From NCBI GenBank assembly GCA_002631715.1, contig MRSX01000001.1, forward strand, positions 48,057 to 112,056: a stretch of 64,000 nt of DNA. Direction: 5' to 3'. The translations under genes and the position numbers were made by a program. The notes under the pieces were generated by a model. It made no database searches, was not told where the DNA came from, and worked only from the letters and a program-made list of their open reading frames with translations. This DNA comes from Candidatus Porisulfidus sp. TsSOB. GTDB lineage: Bacteria; Pseudomonadota; Gammaproteobacteria; Poriferisulfidales; Poriferisulfidaceae. Position 1 is the first letter of the stretch. The number at the start of each line of letters is the position of its first letter. This document shows, piece by piece, positions 30,839 through 40,250 of this stretch.

Positions 30839-32790
30839 TTCCCGAACTCGGCCATTTCGCCCTAGTCCTGGCCTGTGTGCTGGCGGCACTGCAGGCATTT
30901 CTGCCGGGTCTGGGAACCCAGCGGGGCAACCCGACCTGGATGCGCAGCGCCTCTTCGCTGGCGCTGGGCCAGGGAGTCCTGGTGCTGCTCGCCTACCTCG
31001 CGCTGACCTGGGCCTTCATCGAACACGATTTTTCCGTTCGCTACGTCGTCAACAACTCCAACACGGAACTGCCGCTGGCCTACCGGATTTCCGGTGTGTG
31101 GGGTGGACATGAAGGCTCCCTGCTGCTGTGGTCCCTGGTCCTGTCGGCCTGGACCGTCGCGGTGGTCGCGCTGAGTCGTCGGCTCCCCATGCTGTTCCGG
31201 GCGCGCGTGCTGGCCGTGCTGGGGTTTGTCAGCCTCGGGTTCCTCGCTTTCATGCTGGCGACCTCCAATCCGTTCGATCGCCTGATTCCCCCGGCCATGC
31301 AGGGACGCGACCTCAACCCGCTTCTGCAGGATCCGGGCCTGGTGATTCATCCGCCGATGCTGTACATGGGCTACGTCGGGTTCGCGGTGGCCTTCGCGTT
31401 CGCCATCGCGGCGTTGTGGGGCGGCCACCTGCACGCGGCTTGGGCGCGCTGGACGCGTCCTTGGGTGACTGCGGCCTGGATGTTCCTGACCCTCGGTATT
31501 GGCCTTGGCAGCTGGTGGGCCTACCATGAGCTCGGTTGGGGCGGCTGGTGGTTCTGGGACCCGGTGGAAAACGCCTCGTTCATGCCCTGGCTGGTCGGGA
31601 CCGCACTGATTCATTCTCTGGCGGTCACCGAAAAGCGCAATACCTTCAAGCGCTGGACCGTGCTGCTGGCGCTGCTGGCGTTCTCCCTGAGCCTCCTCGG
31701 GACCTTTCTGGTGCGATCCGGAGTGCTGGTGTCGGTGCATGCGTTTGCGAACGATCCCGCCCGAGGGGTGTACATCTTGGGATTCCTGGCGGTGGTTGTC
31801 GGCGGCGGGCTGACCCTGTACGCGACGCGCGCCCACCACATCGAGAGCCCGGGTCACTTCGAATTGCTTTCCCGGGAAACCCTGCTCTTGTTCAACAACG
31901 TGTTTCTGCTGATCGCCACGTTTGCCATCCTGCTTGGAACCCTGTACCCGTTGATCGTGGACGTCCTCGGGTTGCCCTCCATGTCGGTCGGCCCGCCGTA
32001 CTTCAATCTCGTATTCCTGCCGTTGATGCTGCCGCTGTTGTTCCTCGCCGCAATCGGGCCGATCTCACGTTGGAAAAAGACCCGGGCCCGCGAACTGCTG
32101 CGCCGGCTTCAGGTGCCGCTGATACTGGCGCTTGCGCTAGGCACCGCCGTCCCGTGGGCGGTTTTCGGCTCCACGTCGGCCTTGGTATTGGCGGGGACCA
32201 TGCTCGGGGTCTGGTGCATTTCCGGGACGCTGACGGCGTTGTGGCGGCAGTTCTCCCGCATGCGGCGCGGCACCAGCGCTGGCTATAGCCTGCGGCGCTT
32301 ACCCCGGCACATGATCGGCATGACCTGTGCGCATGCCGGACTTGGTGTGATTGCGCTTGGCATTGCGTTCACGACGGCGTTCTCGGTGGAGCGGGAGCTG
32401 GTAATGAACGAAGGTGACAGGGTTGCGTTCGCGGAGCATGAATTCGTGTTCCATGGCGTGCGCGAGGTGGACGGGCCGAACTACCAGGCCCAGCAGGGAC
32501 ACCTTTCCGTCTACCGGGAGGGTGAATTGATAGCGGAACTGCGACCGGAAAAACGCACCTACCTCGTGCAGTCGTCACCGATGACCGAAGCCGCCATCCA
32601 CTCGACGGTTTGGCGCGACATATACGCGGCGCTTGGGACAGGCCAGCCCGGTGGAGGCTGGGGGGTTCGGCTGTACGTCAAACCGTTCATCCAATGGCTG
32701 TGGGGCGGTGCGTTGCTGATGGCGTTCGGCGGATTGTTGGCGCTGTCGGACCGTCGTTACCGCTATCGGCGCGGGAGGGTGCGGGCATGA
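30835..32790 (+). CDS. ccmF: cytochrome c-type biogenesis protein CcmF
   Basis: 651 aa polytopic protein, WWD-type motif WGGWWFWDPVENAS. Confidence 0.95.
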   Translation: MIPELGHFALVLACVLAALQAFLPGLGTQRGNPTWMRSASSLALGQGVLVLLAYLALTWAFIEHDFSVRYVVNNSNTELPLAYRISGVWGGHEGSLLLWSLVLSAWTVAVVALSRRLPMLFRARVLAVLGFVSLGFLAFMLATSNPFDRLIPPAMQGRDLNPLLQDPGLVIHPPMLYMGYVGFAVAFAFAIAALWGGHLHAAWARWTRPWVTAAWMFLTLGIGLGSWWAYHELGWGGWWFWDPVENASFMPWLVGTALIHSLAVTEKRNTFKRWTVLLALLAFSLSLLGTFLVRSGVLVSVHAFANDPARGVYILGFLAVVVGGGLTLYATRAHHIESPGHFELLSRETLLLFNNVFLLIATFAILLGTLYPLIVDVLGLPSMSVGPPYFNLVFLPLMLPLLFLAAIGPISRWKKTRARELLRRLQVPLILALALGTAVPWAVFGSTSALVLAGTMLGVWCISGTLTALWRQFSRMRRGTSAGYSLRRLPRHMIGMTCAHAGLGVIALGIAFTTAFSVERELVMNEGDRVAFAEHEFVFHGVREVDGPNYQAQQGHLSVYREGELIAELRPEKRTYLVQSSPMTEAAIHSTVWRDIYAALGTGQPGGGWGVRLYVKPFIQWLWGGALLMAFGGLLALSDRRYRYRRGRVRA

Positions 32791-33305
32791 TGCGCGGTTG
32801 GCTGGCGGTGGTCCTGTTTGCGGGACTGGTCGTCATGCTGGCGATCGGCCTGACCCGTGACCCGTCGCGGGTCAGTTCGCCACTGGTCGGTTTGCCGGTT
32901 CCAGCCTTTCAGGCGGAACGTCTGAACCTGGCCGAAGAGAAATTCGATTCCGCAGCGCTCCGCGGCGAATGGAGCCTGCTCAACGTCTGGGCCAGTTGGT
33001 GCACCACTTGCCTGGAAGAGCACGAACTGCTGATGCGCCTGTCGCAGCAGTTGGCACTGTACGGGATCAATCACCGGGACACGCGTGATGAAGCCCAGAA
33101 CTGGCTGCAGGTCTACGGTAATCCGTATCGTTCCAGCGCCTTCGACGAGCATGGCGAAGTGGGGATCGAACTGGGCGTCTACAAGGTCCCGGAGACGTTT
33201 CTGCTGGACCCGGACGGCGTGATCCGCTACAAGCACATCGGCGCATTGGACGAGAAAGCCTACCGGGAAGAGATCCTGGCGCGCATCCGCGGAGAGAGGT
33301 CATGA
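32787..33305 (+). CDS. ccmG: thiol:disulfide interchange protein CcmG/DsbE
   Basis: Start at MMRGWLAV (track 32610 is an extension into ccmF). Thioredoxin motif WASWCTTC. Confidence 0.9.
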   Translation: MMRGWLAVVLFAGLVVMLAIGLTRDPSRVSSPLVGLPVPAFQAERLNLAEEKFDSAALRGEWSLLNVWASWCTTCLEEHELLMRLSQQLALYGINHRDTRDEAQNWLQVYGNPYRSSAFDEHGEVGIELGVYKVPETFLLDPDGVIRYKHIGALDEKAYREEILARIRGERS

Positions 33306-33742
33306 AGCGGGTCACGGCCTGGGGGTTCTGCCTGCTCTTCATGGGCAGCGCATGCCTGGCTGCCGACGAGACGGGCGACGAGCGATACCAGGCGCTCCTG
33401 TACGAACTGCGCTGCCTGGTCTGCCAGAACCAGTCGCTGGCCGACTCCGATGCGGAGCTGGCGGGCGACCTGCGTAAGCGCGTTCGGGACCTGATCGACC
33501 AGGGCATGACTGATAAACAGATCATTGAACACCTGCAGGCGCGCTATGGTGACTTTATCCTGTACCGACCCCCGTTTGCCTGGCGAACGGTCGCCCTGTG
33601 GATCGGACCGTTCGTGCTGCTGGCTCTCACCGCCTGGCTGTTGCTGCGACGCATCCGGCGCAGGCACGCGCGGGCATCCGGCGGTTTGTCGGACGCAGAG
33701 CGTGAACGGCTTGCAAAAGCCTTGAAGCGGGGTGACGACTGA
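33302..33742 (+). CDS. ccmH: cytochrome c-type biogenesis protein CcmH
   Basis: 146 aa. LRCLVCQNQSLADS motif and a C-terminal TM. Confidence 0.85.
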   Translation: MKRVTAWGFCLLFMGSACLAADETGDERYQALLYELRCLVCQNQSLADSDAELAGDLRKRVRDLIDQGMTDKQIIEHLQARYGDFILYRPPFAWRTVALWIGPFVLLALTAWLLLRRIRRRHARASGGLSDAERERLAKALKRGDD

Positions 33743-34929
33743 TGTGGGGGTTCTTCGCAGGTTGCTTTGCGTTGTTGGCGTTGACGCTGATCTTCGTGCT
33801 CTATCCCTGGTGGGCAAAGCGGCGACCGCGCTCCGAGTCCATGCGCGACATCCTGACTCACGCCTACAACCTCCGCCGAAACGAATTGCAGCAGGATGTC
33901 GAGATTGGCTGGCTTTCGCCGGAGTTGTTCGGCGAGGCCGAGGCGGAATTGGACCGCAGCCTCCTCGAAGATGTAGAAGAAGTCGGTGAGGGTGCCATCG
34001 AACCTGCGAGGCAGAAAGGACGAACTGCGGTCTGGCTTGCACTTGGCGTGGTGGTCGTCAGCATTGGTCTCATGTTGGCGTCCAGCGAACTGACGCGTTT
34101 CGCGATATTCGGCGGCGCGCCGGACTCGACCGAACAGATAGAGACACTGCATGAACGCCTGCTTCGACAGGTCGACGAGAGCCCTCAGGAAGCGAATGCC
34201 TGGGCGGAACTTGGAGATTTTTACCGGGAGCAGGGGCAAGGGCCGGAGGCGGTGAGCGCATGGATGCATGCCAATGCCTTGCTGGAATATTCGGATCCCT
34301 CGGCGCTTGTGGCGCTGGCGGATGCGATGGCGATGGCGGGCGGAGACTGGTTCTCGGACGAGGCCATGGGATACCTGTCGCGGGCGCTGGATTTGGACCC
34401 GGCTCACCAGAAAGCCCTTTGGCTGTTCGGCTGGGCGTCCTGGCAGAGAGAGAATGCGGAAGCAGCGGTTCAGTCCTGGGAACGGCTGCTTATGGTCTTG
34501 CCAGCAGAAGAGGAGGGCGTCCGTGCAATGGTCGAGAATTGGCTGGACGAAGCTAGGCGCGAAGCTGGTGAACCCGAGATTGGCCCCTCCTTGCAGGTGG
34601 AAGTGGCGCTGGATCCGGCATTTGTGGAAGCCTTCGACCCGGACGCAACCCTGTTCGTATACGCGCGCCGCATTGACGGGCCGCCCATGCCGCTTGCGAT
34701 CTGGCGCGGCGTGGCCAGTGAATTCCCGGTGCAGGTGGTGCTGGACGACACCCTGGCAATGATGCCGGAGATGAACTTGTCCAAGGCTCGCGAAGTCATA
34801 GTGGTGGCACGCATCAGCGAAAGCGGGCAGGCGGAGCGGCAAAGCGGCGACCTGATCGGGGAAGTCGGGCCGGTGGCTGTCATCCCCAACGCGATGACCC
34901 AAGTGACGATCGACCAGCGTATCCCGTGA
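33742..34929 (+). CDS. ccmI: cytochrome c-type biogenesis protein CcmI (TPR)
   Basis: 395 aa. N-terminal TM, TPR-like repeats, last gene of the ccm operon. Confidence 0.7.
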   Translation: MWGFFAGCFALLALTLIFVLYPWWAKRRPRSESMRDILTHAYNLRRNELQQDVEIGWLSPELFGEAEAELDRSLLEDVEEVGEGAIEPARQKGRTAVWLALGVVVVSIGLMLASSELTRFAIFGGAPDSTEQIETLHERLLRQVDESPQEANAWAELGDFYREQGQGPEAVSAWMHANALLEYSDPSALVALADAMAMAGGDWFSDEAMGYLSRALDLDPAHQKALWLFGWASWQRENAEAAVQSWERLLMVLPAEEEGVRAMVENWLDEARREAGEPEIGPSLQVEVALDPAFVEAFDPDATLFVYARRIDGPPMPLAIWRGVASEFPVQVVLDDTLAMMPEMNLSKAREVIVVARISESGQAERQSGDLIGEVGPVAVIPNAMTQVTIDQRIP

Positions 34930-36176
34930 GTCTCCCGGTCCCTCTCTACATCGGCCTGCGTTACCTTCGGGCACGCCACCGGCATCGTTTCATCTCTTTC
35001 ATCTCGCTGGTCTCAACGCTGGGCATCGCGCTGGGATTGACCGCGGTGATCGCCGTGATGTCGGTCATGAACGGATTCCATACCGAGATTCGGGACCGGT
35101 TGCTGGGCATGGTGTCCCACATCAGCATCAGCGAAGCGGACCGAAAGTTGCAGGACTGGCGCGGGCTGGCGGAGCAATTGACGCAGTACCCGGAGGTGGT
35201 CGCGAGCGCACCGTTCATCGAAGGCCAGGGGATGCTGCTTTACCGAGACCGTGTGAGCGGGGTCGGGCTGCGAGGCATGTTGCCGACGCTGGAAACAGAA
35301 GCTTCCCGAATTGCACAGCATATGACCCGAGGCACCTTGGATCGGCTGGAACCGGGCGCATACCGGATCGTTCTGGGCGATGAACTGGCCCGGCATTTGA
35401 ATGTCCGGGTGGGCGATCAGGTAACCCTGATCGTGCCGCGGGCAGCCAGCACTATTGCCGGACTTCTCCCCAAATTCCGCCGTTTCGAGGTCGTCGGAAT
35501 CTTTGATCTCGATATGCGGAGCTACGATCGGCACCTGGCCTTGGTCCACCTGGAGGATGCCCGGCAGGCGCTGGCGCTGGGCGAAGGGGAAGTCGGCGGC
35601 CTGAAAGTTCGCCTCCAGGACTTGTTCAAGGCGCCGTGGCTGGCTGACCGGTTTCGAGAAGAGCTGGACGGGCGTTACTGGGTACTGGATTGGTCGGATC
35701 TGGACAACGGCTTTTTCAAGGCAATCCAGATGGAAAAAACCATGCTGTTTCTTCTTCTGATGCTGATTGTGCTGGTGGCGGCGTTTAACATCATTTCTGC
35801 GCTATTGATGACGGTGCTGGAAAAGCGCGCTGATATCGCCGTACTGCGTACCTTGGGCATGACCCAGCGAGGGACCCTCCAAGTCTTCCTGCTGCAAGGC
35901 TTGACGATCGGCCTTGGGGGCACGGCGCTGGGAGTCGGCGGGGGAGTGGCCTTGTCCTACAATCTTCAGGTGGTCGTTGGAGCGATAGAAAAAGTCTTTA
36001 GTTTCAAGGTCTTTTCGCCGGAAGTTTATTACATTAGTGAGATCCCGTCGCAATTGCTCTGGGAAGACGTGGTGATTGCGGCAGTGGCCTCGATTCTCCT
36101 GTCCGTGATTGCTGCCGTCTATCCGGCGCGCAAGGCGTTGCAGGTCATGCCGGCCGAGGTGTTGCGCTATGAGTGA
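34926..36176 (+). CDS. lipoprotein-releasing system permease LolC/LolE family
   Basis: 416 aa. FtsX-like permease with a large periplasmic loop, followed by lolD. Confidence 0.85.
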   Translation: MSLPVPLYIGLRYLRARHRHRFISFISLVSTLGIALGLTAVIAVMSVMNGFHTEIRDRLLGMVSHISISEADRKLQDWRGLAEQLTQYPEVVASAPFIEGQGMLLYRDRVSGVGLRGMLPTLETEASRIAQHMTRGTLDRLEPGAYRIVLGDELARHLNVRVGDQVTLIVPRAASTIAGLLPKFRRFEVVGIFDLDMRSYDRHLALVHLEDARQALALGEGEVGGLKVRLQDLFKAPWLADRFREELDGRYWVLDWSDLDNGFFKAIQMEKTMLFLLLMLIVLVAAFNIISALLMTVLEKRADIAVLRTLGMTQRGTLQVFLLQGLTIGLGGTALGVGGGVALSYNLQVVVGAIEKVFSFKVFSPEVYYISEIPSQLLWEDVVIAAVASILLSVIAAVYPARKALQVMPAEVLRYE

Positions 36177-36873
36177 TACCGAACTGCGTTGGAGTGATTC
36201 CGTGCTGCGTTGCTCTGGGTTGGCCAAGTCGTTTGGTTCTGGAGAGGTGCAAGTCGATGTCTTGTGTGATCTGGAGTTGGAGGTTGCTCGGGGCGAGAGC
36301 GTGGCGATTGTTGGCGCTTCCGGGTGCGGGAAAAGCACTTTGTTGCACTTGCTTGCGGGCCTAGACCGGCCTGACGCGGGCGTTGTCGAGGTTGGCGGCC
36401 GTCGAATCGACACGCTGGCTGACTCGGAACAGGCGCAATTGCGCAACCGAAGCCTAGGCTTCGTGTACCAGATGCACCACCTTTTGCCCGAATTCTCGGC
36501 ATTGGAGAATGTCACCATGCCGCCGTTGATCGGAGGAATGTCGGTCGAACAGGCCTGCGAGAAAGCGACGGAACTGTTAAAGCGGGTGGATATGGAAGAT
36601 CGGTTACAGCATCGCCCGGGAGAATTGTCCGGAGGAGAAAGACAGCGAGTGGCGGTGTGTCGCGCGCTGGTCATGGATCCGGATGTCGTTCTGGCCGACG
36701 AGCCGACTGGGAATCTTGATCCTCATACAGCGCACGAGGTATTCGACCTGATGAAGCAACTGAATGCTGAGCGCGGAATTGCACTGGTGCTAGTGACGCA
36801 CGACGAAACCTTGGCGAAAACCATGCAGACGGGCTATCGCTTGTCGGAGGGGCGGGTTGTCAGGGAATGGTGA
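36169..36873 (+). CDS. lolD: lipoprotein-releasing system ATP-binding protein LolD
   Basis: Start at MSDTELRW. Walker A GASGCGKSTLL, signature LSGGERQRVAVCRAL. Confidence 0.9.
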   Translation: MSDTELRWSDSVLRCSGLAKSFGSGEVQVDVLCDLELEVARGESVAIVGASGCGKSTLLHLLAGLDRPDAGVVEVGGRRIDTLADSEQAQLRNRSLGFVYQMHHLLPEFSALENVTMPPLIGGMSVEQACEKATELLKRVDMEDRLQHRPGELSGGERQRVAVCRALVMDPDVVLADEPTGNLDPHTAHEVFDLMKQLNAERGIALVLVTHDETLAKTMQTGYRLSEGRVVREW

Positions 36874-36917
36874 GAGCCTTCTACGGGGCTGAAGAGAATA
36901 GTTAGATCCCTCTTAAC

Positions 36918-37133
36918 CTAATTACGTAGGCCTGCCTTGACTTTATCCCAAGGCAACGTAGAGTCGCTTGAATCTTGAAGTCGTGCGGAGACTACCGCGA
37001 GGTCTTCGTCATCTTCAAAATATTGCCTGATTGCTTGCCGGATAACTTCTGATCGGCTGCACTGGGCCTGATTCGCTATCGAATCCAGCGCATCAATATA
37101 TGAGTTAGGCAGGGAGATAGTAATCTTAGGCAT
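36918..37133 (-). CDS. ribbon-helix-helix (CopG/ParD-like) DNA-binding protein, orphan antitoxin-type
   Basis: 71 aa. MPKITISLPNSYIDALDSIANQAQCSRSEVIRQAIRQYF is a classic RHH N-terminus. Confidence 0.65.
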   Translation of the reverse strand: MPKITISLPNSYIDALDSIANQAQCSRSEVIRQAIRQYFEDDEDLAVVSARLQDSSDSTLPWDKVKAGLRN

Positions 37134-37174
37134 GGCAAGTTTCGCAGTTTTAAAAATTGATATATAACATTTAG

Positions 37175-37633
37175 TTAGTTGACAATTTCCTCGATTTTTT
37201 TTGCGAGTGAGGCAGGAGGCAGGATCGGGATAGGGAATGTTTCCGCCAAGGTGAGCAGATCCTTGTCGCCGGTAACCAGTGCATCGGCCTCGGCAGCTTT
37301 TGCCAAGGCCAGAAATGGAAGATCAAGCGGGTCCCGACAGTGGGGCAGGTCGCTCACATGTGGCACTGTGATGGTTTCACACCAAGGCAGGTAACTCCCT
37401 AGAAGTTTTTCGATCTCAGTATCAACCAAATGGAATTTCGGGTAAGCCAGCACATTGATTAGTTCCGTCGTAGTGTCGCGACTTGCCAAGGGGCGAACAG
37501 TGCCCGATTGCCAAGCCTTGCGAAGCCACGCCAAGGATCCCGTAGGATGTAAAAGAGACGAGAGCAAGACGTTGGTGTCGAGGACGAGACGCAATGGGGG
37601 CATCAAGTTTTCCTGGATTTGGATCGTGCCCAA
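37175..37633 (-). CDS. PIN-domain toxin (VapC-like)
   Basis: LRLVLDTNVLLSSL N-terminal PIN acidic motif, DKDLL near the C-terminus. The likely true start is MPPLRL at 37603, overlapping the upstream antitoxin stop. Confidence 0.75.
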   Translation of the reverse strand: MGTIQIQENLMPPLRLVLDTNVLLSSLLHPTGSLAWLRKAWQSGTVRPLASRDTTTELINVLAYPKFHLVDTEIEKLLGSYLPWCETITVPHVSDLPHCRDPLDLPFLALAKAAEADALVTGDKDLLTLAETFPIPILPPASLAKKIEEIVN

Positions 37634-37881
37634 GACACGGCATCGGCGATATCCTGATCCGTGATCCCCAAATCGGCCAATTTGGAGCGTACCGTATCGG
37701 CATTGTCGAAAGGTACGGGCGCCAAAACAATACGGCCATTGTCATCGGTGACATTGAAATATTCCGTTCCTGGATAGGCCGACAATATGGCTTTGGGTAT
37801 GGTCAACTGGTTTTTTGATGTCAATTTTGCGAGCATGGAAAGCACCAAAGTAAGGAAACAAGGAAATATTTTATTCTGCAA
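37603..37881 (-). CDS. AbrB/MazE/SpoVT-type antitoxin (VapB-like)
   Basis: 92 aa. LAKLTSKNQLTIPKAILSAYPG swapped-hairpin motif, directly upstream of and overlapping the PIN gene. Confidence 0.7.
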   Translation of the reverse strand: MQNKIFPCFLTLVLSMLAKLTSKNQLTIPKAILSAYPGTEYFNVTDDNGRIVLAPVPFDNADTVRSKLADLGITDQDIADAVSWARSKSRKT

Positions 37882-37946
37882 CAGGTTTGAGTCAATAGGC
37901 TACCTCTCTAGCTAGACAGAAATAGACTTGTGTTACAGCTTGATCT

Positions 37947-38597
37947 TCACAGGTGATCTTGAATTTCTTTCTCTAGAACAGGCAATAACTCTTTCTCAAA
38001 CCAAGGGTTTTTCTTCAACCAACCGTTATTCCGCCAAGACGGGTGCGGCAGGGGAATCTTCCCCGAGGGAAGGAATTCTTCCCAAGCGGCCACGTTGGCG
38101 GTCAGGGAATCGCGACACTGCGTGCCCAAGTGCCAGCGCTGTGCGTGGTAGCCGATCAACAGGAAAAGCTTCAGCTGCGGCATGGCGGAGAACAAGCGTT
38201 CGTGCCATTGCTCGCTGCAAATCCGCGGGGGCGGCAAATCCGCTCCGCGGTGGTCCTGTCCGGGAAAGCAGAACGCCATCGGCATGGTGACGATGCGCTT
38301 GGTATCGTAAAACTGATCCCGATCCACGCCCATCCACTCGCGCAGGCGCTTTCCGGAAGGGTCATTGAATGGCAGCCCGCTCCGGTGCACATGCGTGCCG
38401 GGCGCCTGGCCGCACACGCAGATCCGTGCCGTGGTGGACAGCCTTGCCACTGGCCTCGGCGCATGTCCATGCAGTTCGAAGTCTTCTGCGCACGATGAAC
38501 ACTGGCGAAGCGACTGGGCGAGACGCAGCAGGCGGTTGCGTGGCGCCGACCTTGCTCCAGGGGCCACATGCACCCCGGTGGAGCACGTGGAAGTCAT
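37947..38597 (-). CDS. uracil-DNA glycosylase superfamily protein (family 4-like)
   Basis: Start at MTSTCS (the first 189 codons of track ORF 37947..39164 are a spurious extension). Motifs GQAPG and HPSWRN match UDG motif A/B. Confidence 0.7.
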   Translation of the reverse strand: MTSTCSTGVHVAPGARSAPRNRLLRLAQSLRQCSSCAEDFELHGHAPRPVARLSTTARICVCGQAPGTHVHRSGLPFNDPSGKRLREWMGVDRDQFYDTKRIVTMPMAFCFPGQDHRGADLPPPRICSEQWHERLFSAMPQLKLFLLIGYHAQRWHLGTQCRDSLTANVAAWEEFLPSGKIPLPHPSWRNNGWLKKNPWFEKELLPVLEKEIQDHL

Positions 38598-38602
38598 TCT
38601 GC

Positions 38603-39175
38603 CTACTTCTCCAGGATGTCGTGCAGGACTTTTTCGACCCTGCGCTTGTGCCGGGTCTGCCAGATACGGACCACATACCACCGCCAGTACAAAAGGATAG
38701 TCCAGTAGCTGATGGCCGCGCCGATGGCGCCGCAGATCAGGGATCCGACGAGCAAAGGCAAACCGACGACATATAACTCCTCGGTAAACCAAGCCCAGGA
38801 CCACTCGAACGCGAAATGCTGAGGGGGAATGTTGAGCACCCAGCTGCCGACGAGATAGCCGGTGAGAAAGATCGGGGGGATGGTGAGGGGGTTGGTGATC
38901 CAGACCAACAGCACAGCGAGAGGCAGGTTGGAGGCGAACACGATGGCCAGCGCGGCCGCCACAACCATCTGTCCTGGAATGGGAAGGAATGCGCAGAACA
39001 CCCCGATGGCAAACGCCCGAGCCACCGAACGGCGGTTGAGGTGCCACAGGTTGTCCTTCAATGCCGCCGAACCGAACAGGCGAAGGGTCTGGTGCTCCCT
39101 GACCCGATGGAAGTGCGGAAGATATTTCTGTATAACCTTGCGTGCCATCGTGGTTGCAGGGCAATTGAGGAACAC
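38603..39175 (-). CDS. DUF2062-family membrane protein
   Basis: 190 aa, multiple TM helices. Family call from memory. Confidence 0.55.
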   Translation of the reverse strand: MFLNCPATTMARKVIQKYLPHFHRVREHQTLRLFGSAALKDNLWHLNRRSVARAFAIGVFCAFLPIPGQMVVAAALAIVFASNLPLAVLLVWITNPLTIPPIFLTGYLVGSWVLNIPPQHFAFEWSWAWFTEELYVVGLPLLVGSLICGAIGAAISYWTILLYWRWYVVRIWQTRHKRRVEKVLHDILEK

Positions 39176-39222
39176 CTAATACTCTACAATAATTTGTTCA
39201 ATTTCGCTGATTTACACCCTCG

Positions 39223-39840
39223 ATGCTGGATCTGATACAGGCCGGAGGCTGGGTGATGCTGCCTATCTTGGTGTGCTCCATCCTGGCGTTGGCCATCATT
39301 TTGGAGCGCAGCTGGGCTCTGCGGCAGAGCCAAGTGATGCCGGATGGCTTGCTGGCGCAGGTGCGAGCCTGGTTGCAGCAGGATGCGTTGGATGGGGATC
39401 GCCTTGATGCATTGCGCAACAGTTCGCAATTGGGACGTGTATTGGCGGCCGGCTTGAGTCTCCACCAGCAAACGCTGGAGGAGCGTAAGACGGCGGTTGA
39501 GGATGCAGGCCGCCGGGGTGCGGTCGAGCTGGAACGTTTCTTGGCGGCGCTGGGCACCATCGCGATGATTTCTCCCTTGCTGGGTCTTCTGGGGACGGTT
39601 TGGGGGCTTATCGTCGTGTTCGATCAGATCATGACGACGGGACTAGGGCAGCCGTCGGACCTGGCCGGAGGCATCGCACAGGCGCTGATTACGACTGCGG
39701 CTGGCTTGGCCGTGGCGATTCCGGCCGTGATCTTCCACCGCTTTTTTCAACGCAAGGTTGCCGTGCTGGTTTCCCAAATGGAATCGGTGGCGCACCAGCT
39801 GATGGATGTGTTGCAGCAACGCGAGCAGGAGACACCGTGA
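39223..39840 (+). CDS. MotA/TolQ/ExbB proton channel (ExbB/TolQ-type)
   Basis: 205 aa. LGLLGTVWGLIVVF...GIAQALITTAAGLAVAIPAVIFHRFF family signature. Confidence 0.85.
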   Translation: MLDLIQAGGWVMLPILVCSILALAIILERSWALRQSQVMPDGLLAQVRAWLQQDALDGDRLDALRNSSQLGRVLAAGLSLHQQTLEERKTAVEDAGRRGAVELERFLAALGTIAMISPLLGLLGTVWGLIVVFDQIMTTGLGQPSDLAGGIAQALITTAAGLAVAIPAVIFHRFFQRKVAVLVSQMESVAHQLMDVLQQREQETP

Positions 39841-40250
39841 AGTTCCAGATTCGCCAGGAAGATACTCTTTCGATCCCGCTGACGCCGCTGGTCGATGTCG
39901 TGTTCCTGTTGCTACTGTTCTTTATGCTGACCACGACATTCAGCCAACTCGATTTCCTGAAAATCCAGTTGCCGCAGGGTGAAGCTGAAGCGGCCGGCAC
40001 CGAAGTGCGCATCAACCTGGCCATTGATGCAATGGGCGACTATTACCTGAACGGACAACTCCTTCCAGACGAACCCGAAGCTTTGGCGGCACAGTTGCGC
40101 GTCGCGCTCGCGGAGCAACCAGACGCGGCGGTCTATATCTACGCCCATGCGCTGACGCCGCACCAGTCGGTCGTGTACCTGATGGCGCAAGCCCGGGGAC
40201 AGGGCGTGCAGCAAATCCGGGTTGCAACAATGGGCGAACGCTTGCCATGA
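39837..40250 (+). CDS. ExbD/TolR biopolymer transport protein
   Basis: GTG start overlapping the exbB stop. IPLTPLVDVVFLLLLFFMLTT TM with conserved Asp. 137 aa. Confidence 0.8.
   Translation: MKFQIRQEDTLSIPLTPLVDVVFLLLLFFMLTTTFSQLDFLKIQLPQGEAEAAGTEVRINLAIDAMGDYYLNGQLLPDEPEALAAQLRVALAEQPDAAVYIYAHALTPHQSVVYLMAQARGQGVQQIRVATMGERLP

Noticed and set aside
30862-31857. 331-aa minus-strand ORF.
   Set aside because: Antisense to ccmF.
33544-34974. 476-aa minus-strand ORF.
   Set aside because: Antisense to ccmH/ccmI. Arg-rich, no homology pattern.
37947-39164. Track ORF of 405 aa suggesting one large minus-strand gene.
   Set aside because: Only the C-terminal 217 aa (from MTSTCS, 38597) form the UDG-family protein. 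The N-terminal 189 codons run in a different frame through the DUF2062 gene and are a spurious extension from an upstream alternative start.
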